The position numbers and the translations under genes are program-made. Under the pieces are notes generated by a model. The model ran no database searches, was not told the DNA's origin, and saw nothing but the letters and a program-made list of their open reading frames with translations. 56,226 nucleotides of DNA, taken from the IMG/VR virus record IMGVR_UViG_3300045988_142515, positions 1 to 56,226 of that record; one strand, 5' to 3'. This document shows positions 36,177-44,358 of the stretch, piece after piece. Source of the stretch: a virus. Each line of letters begins with the position of its first letter. Position 1 is the first letter of the stretch.

Positions 36177-38270
36177 ATGAGCATCATGGACCTGGAGAAG
36201 GTAGTTAGCATGGCCAGGAAGGCCGCCCAGGGCTCACACACGCCCTGCGGCCCAATCACGTGGGTCTGGGGTAAGGAGGACCTAAAGGCCCTCGTCAAGG
36301 CCATTCACGCCTCACAGAAGGTCGTCATGGACCTGGAGACCACCGGCCTGGACGAGTATGCGGAGGCCGGCGGGGACACCAACGGCGGCTACCCGGCCCG
36401 TATCGTCCTGGCCTCCCTGACCCTGCCAAATGCCGAGCGCGCCGCGGCGGGCGCCTACAACTGGCGCACCTTCGACGGCGAGCAGCCGATGACCTACCTC
36501 GTACCCCTCTCGCACCCGGCCTCGCCCTTGATCGGAGTGTGGCGGAAGGTCATGGCGATCATCGGCCGCGAGATTAACCGCAGCGGAAAGCCCTTCGTCA
36601 ACGCGAACATCAAGTTCGACGCCCGCTGGGTCTTCGCCCAGGCCGGCGTGGACCTGTCCGATCGTATCGAGTGGGACACGACCGTCTCGTCCCAGCTGGT
36701 CGACACCGAGGCCCGCACCCGCCTCAAGATCCGCGCCGCTCGCGACTTCGGGATCGAGGAGTGGGACGACTTCGACCTCAGCACACCCGGCGCCGCCGAG
36801 CGCGTGGACCTGATCCAGCTGGGCGAGTACGCGGCGCGTGACACCTACTACACCTGGAAGATCGAGGAGGAGCACCGCGACCAGATGTTCCTCACCGGCG
36901 ACGAGGAGCCCTCCGACTCAGACGACATCCAGATGGCCCGGCTCGGCAAGGTCGCCACCTACGTAGCCATGCCTACTGTGAAGACTCTCACAAAGGTCGA
37001 GCAGCGGGGCTTCCTGCTCGACGTGGACTGGGTCCACGCCAAGATCGAGGAGATGGACGCGCTGCGCCTAAAGGCCTGCGAGGACATCCTCGGCCTGTAC
37101 GGCACCGCCCCCGCGCCGGCGCCAGCGAAGGACGGCGTCACTACCGCCGCGACGTCGAAGTGGTTCCAGGGCTTCGTGGCCCAGGCCATCGAGGCTGGCG
37201 ACCTGCGCGTGACGGCCCGCACGGACTCCGGCAACGCCCAGTGGAACAAGGCGGTCCTCATCGCCCAGCAGCGTCAGGGCAGCCCGGCCGCCGACGCCCT
37301 GCTCCGCCACCGCGACGCGACGAAGACGCTGGAGTTCCTCCGCTCGTGGCTGGAGCTGCGTGACCCTAACAACGTGATCCACGCCACCTACAACGTGGGA
37401 TTTGTCCGCACGGGAAGATTAAGTTCGAGCAGCCCGAACGTCCAGCAGATATCGGCCAGGCTCAAGCCCGCCTTTATCCCGCGGCCCGGGCACGTCCTGC
37501 TCGACCTCGACTACAGCCAGGTCGAGCTGCGGGTGGCGGCGTTCATCTCCCGCTCGCAGCCGATGATCGAGGCCTTCCAGCGGGGTGATGATCTTCACAG
37601 GCTCCTAGCCGCGAAGATCGCCGGCAAGGCTCCAGCGGACGTCACCAGCCTGGAGCGCAAGAGGGCGAAGGCCGGCAACTTCGGCCTCCTCTACGGAATG
37701 AGCCCCGGCGGCTTCCAGTCCTACGCCGCCACCGCCTATGACGTTTCTCTCACTTTGGCCGAGGCGCAGGCCGTCCACAGCGCCTTCTTCGAGATGTGGG
37801 ACGGCATGCGCCAGTGGCACGAGCGCGCCAAGCGCCGGGCCTACGAGCGCGGTTATGTGACGTCCCCCATAGGCCGCACGCAGTGGCTCAGCGACCTGTA
37901 CTCGAAGAGCTCGTTCAAGTCGTCCCACGCCGAGCGCAACGCCCTGAACAGCCCCGTGCAGGGCTTCGGCTCGGACCTCATGCAGATGGCGGCGGCCTCG
38001 ATCATGGGCACGCTGCCCGGCTACCCGCTTCCCCGGGTCGAGGGGGCGCACGTCGTGGCCACCGTCCACGATGAGATCTGCATCGAGGTGCCCGAGGACC
38101 GCTGGCAAGAGATCCTGATCGAGTGCAAGCGCCGCATGGAGGACGTCAACACCTTCCTCCGCCCGCTCGACTGCCAGATGGACGTCCCCATCGTGGCAGG
38201 CCCCTCGGCCGGGACCCGCTGGGGCGTGCACGACCTGCACGATGAGGACGACCCGCTCCCCACGCCCTGA
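36177..38270 (+). CDS. polA: DNA polymerase I (family A, with 3'-5' exonuclease domain, no 5' nuclease domain)
   Basis: Exo I VMDLETTGLD. Motif A LLDLDYSQVELRV. Motif B RKRAKAGNFGLLYGMS. Motif C VATVHDEI. Confidence 0.9.
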   Translation: MSIMDLEKVVSMARKAAQGSHTPCGPITWVWGKEDLKALVKAIHASQKVVMDLETTGLDEYAEAGGDTNGGYPARIVLASLTLPNAERAAAGAYNWRTFDGEQPMTYLVPLSHPASPLIGVWRKVMAIIGREINRSGKPFVNANIKFDARWVFAQAGVDLSDRIEWDTTVSSQLVDTEARTRLKIRAARDFGIEEWDDFDLSTPGAAERVDLIQLGEYAARDTYYTWKIEEEHRDQMFLTGDEEPSDSDDIQMARLGKVATYVAMPTVKTLTKVEQRGFLLDVDWVHAKIEEMDALRLKACEDILGLYGTAPAPAPAKDGVTTAATSKWFQGFVAQAIEAGDLRVTARTDSGNAQWNKAVLIAQQRQGSPAADALLRHRDATKTLEFLRSWLELRDPNNVIHATYNVGFVRTGRLSSSSPNVQQISARLKPAFIPRPGHVLLDLDYSQVELRVAAFISRSQPMIEAFQRGDDLHRLLAAKIAGKAPADVTSLERKRAKAGNFGLLYGMSPGGFQSYAATAYDVSLTLAEAQAVHSAFFEMWDGMRQWHERAKRRAYERGYVTSPIGRTQWLSDLYSKSSFKSSHAERNALNSPVQGFGSDLMQMAAASIMGTLPGYPLPRVEGAHVVATVHDEICIEVPEDRWQEILIECKRRMEDVNTFLRPLDCQMDVPIVAGPSAGTRWGVHDLHDEDDPLPTP

Positions 38271-38289
38271 GGTGACCGTCCTCACCCAA

Positions 38290-38384
38290 CTGAGACTTGC
38301 GTCTCAAATCCTCAAAACCGGGAATACGTTGAAAACGCTGGGAAATCTGCCTATTCCCGTAGTCACTTGAGACCCGCACCACAC
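38290..38384 (+). repeat. ~95-bp direct repeat R1 (TGAGAC-ttgc-GTCTCA hairpin plus GGGAATA...TATTCCC inverted repeat)
   Basis: Aligned by eye with R2 at roughly 70% identity, 156-bp period. Confidence 0.75.
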
Positions 38385-38445
38385 TTAAGGAGCCGCCCGC
38401 GCAACGCGGCCACTCCCCGCCCTCCCGGTGACCATCCCCACCCCG

Positions 38446-38540
38446 CTGAGACTTGCGTCTCACTTTCAGAAAACGGGAATACGCCTGGAAACACTGGAAA
38501 AGGTCCGTATTCCCAAATCCCTCAGAGACCTGTATCACAC
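38446..38540 (+). repeat. ~95-bp direct repeat R2
   Basis: ctgagacttgcgtctca...gggaatacg-N22-cgtattccc...ctcagagacc. A partial third copy (ccgtattcccaaatc) lies at 39312-39330. Confidence 0.75.
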
Positions 38541-38565
38541 CCCAAACAACGCCTAGGAGGCACCC

Positions 38566-39057
38566 ATGCGCAACGCGCTTCGCACCTACCCCGCCCGCAA
38601 GGCCACGATCCAGGGCCGCCCCGCCGTCCAGGTCCGGGACACGAGGAACGAGATCGAGTACTGGGTCGAGATCACTGACGAGCCGGACTCCGGCGGCCGC
38701 TACCACGTCGTAAACCTCCTGTGCCGCCCAGATACGGGCGTTCGCTTCCCCGACAGTGTCCCCCACAGGACCCTCTGTGAAATCGCCGCAAACGTGCTTG
38801 AGAGGGCCGAGAAGCCCGCACGAGGGGGCAACGCCTACCGCGGCGCGCCTGTCGAGACGCTGCGCAAGCTGATCGAGGAGGGCAAGACCCGCACCGACAT
38901 CGCCAAGGAGCTGGGTCGAAGCATCTACACCGTGGACTCCTGGCTGCGCAGGGCCCGCCGCATCGACCCCGAGTTCCCGGGCACGATGACGAAGAGCGGG
39001 ACACGTCGCCCGGCTCGTAACAAGACCCCCTACGCGAGGGCGCCGAAGGACGCCTGA
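38566..39057 (+). CDS. HTH DNA-binding protein (163 aa)
   Basis: RBS ctaggagg. C-terminal HTH RTDIAKELGRSIYTVDSWLRRAR. Confidence 0.65.
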   Translation: MRNALRTYPARKATIQGRPAVQVRDTRNEIEYWVEITDEPDSGGRYHVVNLLCRPDTGVRFPDSVPHRTLCEIAANVLERAEKPARGGNAYRGAPVETLRKLIEEGKTRTDIAKELGRSIYTVDSWLRRARRIDPEFPGTMTKSGTRRPARNKTPYARAPKDA

Positions 39058-39067
39058 GCCCCTGACC

Positions 39068-39100
39068 GAAGGGCCCCAGCCTTCGCGGCTGGGGCCCTTT
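39068..39100 (+). terminator. intrinsic terminator
   Basis: gaagggccccagcc ttcgc ggctggggccctt, followed by ttg. Confidence 0.75.
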
Positions 39101-39240
39101 TGCGTGCCCTGAATCACTCCCTCAGGCCTCTGTCCATATGCTGAGACAGTTGTCCGCATAGCGGGAAAGTGACCCAAGACACGCCTGATTTGCCCTTCCG
39201 CAGCCCCCCATCTCACATTCTGGACACATGTATGCTGGTC

Positions 39241-39254
39241 GTATGGCGTCATAC
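39241..39254. promoter_or_regulatory. GTATG-N4-CATAC palindrome
   Basis: gtatggcgtcatac. No supported gene lies next to it. Confidence 0.4.
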
Positions 39255-39434
39255 GGTTTGTCCCGCAAAGTTTGCACTTTTGCGCTATTGCTGGGATCCG
39301 TCGGCGTGTCGGACCGTATTCCCAAATCGGTCTGTGAGGAATATCCCACTTTTAAAGGCCTATTCCGTGAACAACTTCACCGTTTTGCTCTTGCATTTGG
39401 CCCCGGAATTTGCCATCATGCGCGCCCGCGCGCG

Positions 39435-39519
39435 CCCACACACACTCGCGCCCCCGTGTCTCCTCCCCCTGACGGAGTCAGGGGGGGAGGAGACACAGGG
39501 GGCGCTCGTGTTGTGTGGG
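39435..39519. repeat. 85-nt imperfect inverted repeat (about 39-43-nt arms, 3-nt centre) followed by an AT-rich tract at 39521-39547
   Basis: cccacacacactcgcgcccccgtgtctcctccccctgac gga gtcagggggggaggagacacagggggcgctcgtgttgtgtggg, then aatatatgtgtatatatga. Confidence 0.8.
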
Positions 39520-39594
39520 TAGTGGAATATATGTGTATATATGAGCCAGGTCACATCCGTTGCCGAGTCCGTTTCCGTACCCGTTGCCGGTTCC

Positions 39595-39638
39595 GACCGA
39601 CCCCCTCGCTCCGCTGCGCTCCGCTTCGGGGGTCGGTC
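39595..39638. other. hairpin H1: 11-bp stem gaccgaccccc/gggggtcggtc, loop tcgctccgctgcgctccgcttc
   Basis: Read directly. The loop is shared with H2 and H3. Confidence 0.6.
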
Positions 39639-39793
39639 ATTGAACCCCGGTCCGATTCGTGCCCGTCGCCAGCGCCGGGGGACCTTCACCCGCCCGGTGT
39701 CCCCGCGAAGGGCGCTGCGGCGCTGGGGCGCCGGTCGCCCCGCGGGTCCTCGGGCGTTTTCGGTCCCAGGCGGAGAGGCTTTCCTCGGGTCGC

Positions 39794-39835
39794 CGTGTCG
39801 AGACTCGCTCCGCTGCGCTGCGCTCGGTCGACACG
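39794..39835. other. hairpin H2: 8-bp stem cgtgtcga/tcgacacg, loop gactcgctccgctgcgctgcgctcgg
   Basis: Read directly. Same loop core on a different stem. Confidence 0.6.
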
Positions 39836-39939
39836 CCCGCCCCTCGGGCCTCTCGGCGACCTCGAGCTCCGGAGGCGGTCCACCTCGCGCCTGCCCCTCG
39901 TGCCCCTTCGTGCACCTTCGTGCTGGGGAGAGGGCCGCA

Positions 39940-40052
39940 CATGCCCCTCAGAGGCCGTGAGAGCGCTTCTGACGGACTTTTACCCCGCCCCCGCACTCCC
40001 GGAGGGGTCCGGCCCCAAAAGGCGCTCAGAATGGCTTACACGGCTTCTGAGG
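39940..40052 (+). repeat. 113-nt conserved non-coding element, copy B
   Basis: Same three blocks at the same offsets as 3428..3540. Block 3 forms ctcagaa-[tggcttacacggc]-ttctgag. Confidence 0.7.
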
Positions 40053-40978
40053 AATCTAGACGCCGGCTCTGGGGGCGTAACCGCACCTTCGTTCCGGGGA
40101 GGGGCGCGCCGCCCGCCCGGCGAATGTGACGACACTCACGACACGAGACGGCCCTCCCGATTTGCATTCGCTCCCGGGATGGGGTTTAATAAACCCATCA
40201 CCGCCGAGGGAGCGAAACTCTCCGGACCGGCCGCCGCAATCCAGCGGCGGGCCCCCGGCCCGCCCTGAGGAACTAACCCGAGGCGATGAGATACCCGGTA
40301 AGCCGGGAGGCTTTGCGAGTACGCGATGGCCTGGACGGACGGGGCAACCTCGATGAAAGCTGGTCGAGGCCTCCAAGACAAGTCGACCACCGCTATAAGG
40401 CCCGCAGGGCCCGGATAACTGGATCTGCTAATCGCCTTTAAGGCGGAGGATGGAATGGACCTCAGTGTTCCCCCTCACACCAAACCTGGCTCGTAGTCGG
40501 GGAGGGGGGCCGCTGGCTGACGAGTCTCCGTGATCCCGTCGGGCGTAGAGCTCGGGTTGAGAGCCCGGACGGCTCCCGGTAAACCTGCACCGTCGAGTGA
40601 CAGGGTGACGGGCCGGACGGATACTTGAAGCGGGTCTCGCGGCACGATTGCCTGGTCCCGAGACGTGAGGAGAAGCTGCCCGCAAGGGTTCCTCGCTGAA
40701 ACGCTTCCTCGAGAGACCTTAATCAAACGACCCGATAGACCCTCTCATCGCTGCTGTTTGGAGAAGTCGAGACGGGAGACTAGGGACTGCTCGAGCGACG
40801 TGAACCGCCGCTTCCGGATCGGTGAGGTATGACAGCGAGCCCTCCGGCGACGAATGCGGGAATCTGAGACATGTGATTCGCCCGAGCGCCTCGTCAACGC
40901 TCCATGAGCCTTCGTAAAGAATGGACTTCCACGCCGTGGGATGCGGCAACCGCCCGGCCACCTCGGCCCTCAGAGCCC

Positions 40979-41022
40979 TTGAGGTTCTAATACCCTTCGG
41001 GTAGTGTATGCGGGGCATACAC
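40979..41022 (+). promoter_or_regulatory. promoter (TTGAGG, 17-nt spacer, TAGTGT) overlapped by the GTGTATG-N5-CATACAC palindrome
   Basis: -35 at 40979-40984, -10 at 41002-41007, palindrome at 41004-41022. RBS agaggaga precedes ATG 41040. Confidence 0.55.
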
Positions 41023-41039
41023 CCGACAGAGGAGATGAC

Positions 41040-41384
41040 ATGCCCCGCCCCAGCAAGGACAAGCTTGTCCCGTACGTAGATGACCGCCCAGATCTTGACC
41101 AACGGTTCTCGCCGTTGGATGCCCCCACATCGATCGACTTCGGCCGGAAGCCGGGCAACCCTTCAGGCCCACGCAAGTCAGTTACCTTCACGATGAGGGA
41201 GGCTACCTGGGAGAGAGTCATCCGCCGGGCAGAGCGTCAGGGCCTGCAGCCCAGGATCGTCCTAGCGCGCCTCATGGAGGCGTACGGGAATCGCGAGCTC
41301 GATCTGGCTCCACACCCTTCGGGGATCAAGGTGACCACACATCGGACCACCTTCACCAATCCAGACAACCCCTCGAACCGGTGA
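41040..41384 (+). CDS. ribbon-helix-helix DNA-binding protein (114 aa)
   Basis: RKSVTFTMREATWERVIRRAERQGLQPRIVLARLMEAY fits the beta-alpha-alpha RHH pattern. ATG 41040 inside ORF 41004..41384. Confidence 0.6.
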   Translation: MPRPSKDKLVPYVDDRPDLDQRFSPLDAPTSIDFGRKPGNPSGPRKSVTFTMREATWERVIRRAERQGLQPRIVLARLMEAYGNRELDLAPHPSGIKVTTHRTTFTNPDNPSNR

Positions 41385-41404
41385 CCGGCTGACTACCGGT
41401 CACC
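41380..41404 (+). other. 9-bp hairpin overlapping the stop codon, followed by ggttt
   Basis: ggtgaccgg ctgacta ccggtcacc. Confidence 0.4.
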
Positions 41405-41446
41405 GGTTTAGGGCATCTACCCACCCCACCCAGCAACCCAGGACCC

Positions 41447-43876
41447 ATGAGCACCACTGAACAGCACAACGCGGCCGTCGTAGAGGCCGCGCTCGACGCG
41501 TACCGCAGGGGGCTGACACCCCTGCCCATCCCTCGCCACTCCAAGAGCCCGACCATGGCCGGCTGGACTAAGGTCCGCTGGCCAGACCCCGAGACCGACA
41601 CCGGCGAGGGGGAGGCTGCCGTAAGGCAGGCCTTCGAGGAGTACACGGCCGGGGGATCCACCAACCTCGGCGTCCTCCTCGGCGAGGCGTCGGGAGACCT
41701 CATCGACGTCGACCTCGACCACCCGGCCGCGCAGCGGCTGAAGTCGTACCTGCTGCCGTACACGGCCGCGGTCCACGGCCGCGAGACGTCGCGCAGGTCG
41801 CACTACTGGTACCGCGCCAAGCCCGGCACGCTTCCGCCAACGCGCCGCCTCAAGATCCCGGACGTGTCTGGGAGGGGCTCCGGAGTGTCGGTAGAGATCC
41901 GCACTACCGGCTCCCAGACTCTCGTGCCCCCCTCGATCCATCCCGCCACGGCCGAGACCTACGAGTGGGAGGGAGAGCCCTGGGGCGGTGACGAGGGCCC
42001 CGCCGTCGTTGACGGCACCGAGCTGTTGGCTCAGGTCACTCTCCTCGGGCTGTGCGCCGTCCTGCTGGACGCCTGGCCCGGCCCCGGCCAGCGCCACGAT
42101 GCCTACGTCGCCCTCGCCGGCGGTCTCCTTCGTTATGGGGACTCACAGACCGTGCACCCGTTCTGGGAGCGGAACGCCGGCCTTGTTATCCGCACCCTCG
42201 CCCAGGCCACTCACGACGAGGACGGCGCCGAGCAGCGCGAGCGTGAGGCGATCTACACTACGAAGCGCCGCCTCCGGGAGGGCGGGGAGGCGACCGGCTT
42301 CACCCGCCTGGCCGAGTACATAGGGGAGGAGAGCGTGAAGATCGTCGAGCGCCTCGTCCGAGACGCCGAGGCCGTGGCCGGCTTCGTGCCGGACGTGGCT
42401 GGCGACGTACCCGGCTGGCAGCCTCCGTGGGCGCGTCAGTGGGACGGCCTGGAGATCGAGCTCGATGAGTCGGCCCCGGCGCCGGCCTTCGTTGACGGTG
42501 ACGACTTCTCCGAGCCCCGCTCCCTCGGCGAGCTGGGGCCGGCCCTCGGGCAGCCTAAAGAAGGCGACAACTCTCCGGATAGTCCGGATAGTCTCGGCCC
42601 AGATGAGGGCACTGACGACGTTCCCGAGGACCTGGATCCGCTCGACGCCCGACCCTCGTCCTGGAGCCCCGTCGACCTGGAGCCCTACCTGACCGGAAAG
42701 CTCAAGGTCCCGGACCCGGAGGTCTGCCGCCGCAACGACGGCGCCTGCCTCATGTACCGGGGGCGCGTGAACATGCTGTTCGGCTCCTCGGAGTCGGCCA
42801 AGTCGTGGATCGCCATGGCGATCTGCCTCCAGGAGATAGAGGGCGGCGGCCGCGCTCTTTACTTGGATTTTGAGGATGAGCCTGTACAAACCTTGAACCG
42901 TCTCCGCCTCCTGGGAGCCGTGGACGATGACCTTCGGGCACAGTTCTCCTACATCCGCCCTGAAGGGCCCTTGGCCGACATGCAGCGCAACAAGTGGGGC
43001 AAGGACCAGCCAACCAAGTCCGGCGAGTTCGCTCAGGACCAGTTCGACACGGCGCTCCAGTCTCTTGACCCGGACATCATTGTGGCCGACGGTATGACCG
43101 CTCTCTACGGATTGCACGGCCTGGACGCGAACGACGCCGTAAGTACCGACGTCATCACGTCGTGGCTGAAGCGCCTCACGCGCAACGGCCGCTCGACCGT
43201 CATCATCATCGACCACCAGGCCAAGAGCGCCGAGAAGGGCTCCATGCCGATCGGCTCGCAGCACAAGGTCGCCATGGTGCAGGGAACCCTGCTCCAGGTG
43301 TGGCCTATCAAACAGCCTATGCCCGGCGATGTCGGCGAGATGGAGCTGGTCGTTCTGAAGGACCGGCCCGGCCAGGTCCGTGCACACTCCCAGAAGACCG
43401 GAGGTCGCGGCAAGGCTCAGGTGGCCGGCGTCGTCACGCTCGACAGCCGCACCGAGGGGCGCTCATCCCTCGTCATCACTCCCCCGCGCCGCACACCCTC
43501 AGGAGGGGGCGGCACTCTGAACGCGGATGGCGAGGACGTGAACGATGTCGAGCGCCGCGTGGAGCTGGACTTCACCGACATGTCTAAGGTGATGGAGAAG
43601 ATGGCACAGCGCCAGGACGATGAGGACACCGTCATCGGAGCGTTCCGAGGCGAGATCGGCGCCGAGCTGAACTCGCGAGATCTGTACGACCTTGTGGACG
43701 ATGACCTCCCCCGCTCGAGGACCAAGTCGGCCCTTGGCCGCCTGATCTCGCGGGGCTGGATCATGTCCGCCGGGGATCGCGGCGGCCACAGGTACACACT
43801 GATCGCCGTAGGCGAGGACGGTCTCGAGGAGCGGGTCCTGGACGAGAGCAGTAACGGGAACGGAGGTGAGGGCTGA
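41447..43876 (+). CDS. bifunctional primase-polymerase (PrimPol) / RepA-DnaB-like helicase (809 aa)
   Basis: N-terminal region GLTPLPIPRHSKSPTMAGW, LIDVDLDH, VEIRTTGSQTLVPPSIHP. C-terminal P-loop-like GSSESAKSW and IIIDHQAKS. Confidence 0.8.
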   Translation: MSTTEQHNAAVVEAALDAYRRGLTPLPIPRHSKSPTMAGWTKVRWPDPETDTGEGEAAVRQAFEEYTAGGSTNLGVLLGEASGDLIDVDLDHPAAQRLKSYLLPYTAAVHGRETSRRSHYWYRAKPGTLPPTRRLKIPDVSGRGSGVSVEIRTTGSQTLVPPSIHPATAETYEWEGEPWGGDEGPAVVDGTELLAQVTLLGLCAVLLDAWPGPGQRHDAYVALAGGLLRYGDSQTVHPFWERNAGLVIRTLAQATHDEDGAEQREREAIYTTKRRLREGGEATGFTRLAEYIGEESVKIVERLVRDAEAVAGFVPDVAGDVPGWQPPWARQWDGLEIELDESAPAPAFVDGDDFSEPRSLGELGPALGQPKEGDNSPDSPDSLGPDEGTDDVPEDLDPLDARPSSWSPVDLEPYLTGKLKVPDPEVCRRNDGACLMYRGRVNMLFGSSESAKSWIAMAICLQEIEGGGRALYLDFEDEPVQTLNRLRLLGAVDDDLRAQFSYIRPEGPLADMQRNKWGKDQPTKSGEFAQDQFDTALQSLDPDIIVADGMTALYGLHGLDANDAVSTDVITSWLKRLTRNGRSTVIIIDHQAKSAEKGSMPIGSQHKVAMVQGTLLQVWPIKQPMPGDVGEMELVVLKDRPGQVRAHSQKTGGRGKAQVAGVVTLDSRTEGRSSLVITPPRRTPSGGGGTLNADGEDVNDVERRVELDFTDMSKVMEKMAQRQDDEDTVIGAFRGEIGAELNSRDLYDLVDDDLPRSRTKSALGRLISRGWIMSAGDRGGHRYTLIAVGEDGLEERVLDESSNGNGGEG

Positions 43877-44210
43877 GGTGCGATACTTCGACGAGTTGCC
43901 CCTGCTGACGCCTGAGGAGGCGTTCGAGAGGGCGAGGGAGGAGGGCGGCTCCGCCCACCCGGTGTTCGATCTAGGGTACCGGGTCCGGGATCTAAACGCC
44001 TGGAAGGCCATCGAGACCCTGCTGCGCCAGGACGATGTTCCCGACATCACCATCGCGGCCTTCGGACTGAAGCGCTTCGAGGAGATATTCGACGTGTTCG
44101 TCATGCTGTCCGATCGCGGCTGGCATCTTTGGGAGACGGCGGCAACTGTCTACGTCGGAGGGGAGCGGAAGACTGTGCAGGCTATCCGGGCCCATTACTC
44201 GGGCGACTAG
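43866..44210 (+). CDS. hypothetical protein (about 110-114 aa)
   Basis: ORF track. Start is GTG 43866 or GTG 43878. Confidence 0.55.
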   Translation: MRAEVRYFDELPLLTPEEAFERAREEGGSAHPVFDLGYRVRDLNAWKAIETLLRQDDVPDITIAAFGLKRFEEIFDVFVMLSDRGWHLWETAATVYVGGERKTVQAIRAHYSGD

Positions 44211-44239
44211 CCGCCAATCTGGCAGCATTTCAACGAAAT

Positions 44240-44269
44240 CTACCCCAGTGACTCAAGTCACTGGGGTAG
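44240..44269 (+). terminator. 13-bp perfect hairpin terminator
   Basis: ctaccccagtgac tcaa gtcactggggtag. Confidence 0.65.
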
Positions 44270-44283
44270 ACCTTTACCGGGGC

Positions 44284-44313
44284 TTGCATCGTGACATACA
44301 GACTGCGTAGCCT
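44284..44313 (+). promoter_or_regulatory. promoter GGCTTGCAT, 18-nt spacer, TAGCCT
   Basis: Same extended -35 block as the other promoters. Confidence 0.5.
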
Positions 44314-44358
44314 TGAGCCATCCGAAGAACGATCGCTACGGCGGAGAAAGGACCTGAA

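Noticed and set aside
38297-38330. Reading TTGCGT ... TACGTT in repeats R1/R2 as promoters
   Set aside because: The spacer is 21-22 nt, outside the 16-19 nt range of sigma70-type promoters.
39122-39229. 35-aa Cys-rich mini-ORF on the minus strand (MCPECEMGGCGRANQACLGSLSRYADNCLSIWTEA) downstream of a weak promoter-like TTGCGG-19-TACGAC next to a GTATG/CATAC site
   Set aside because: GC3 is only about 57% by hand count, the promoter spacing is poor, and there is no supporting homology. Kept only as a remote possibility.
39228-40268. 346-aa + strand ORF covering half of the gene desert (also 39541..39960, 39659..40129, 39637..39996 minus and others)
   Set aside because: Arg/Pro/Gly/Ser-dominated translations with almost no Asp/Glu/Lys. 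There is no third-position GC excess over bulk and no RBS. Long spurious ORFs are expected in GC-rich DNA.
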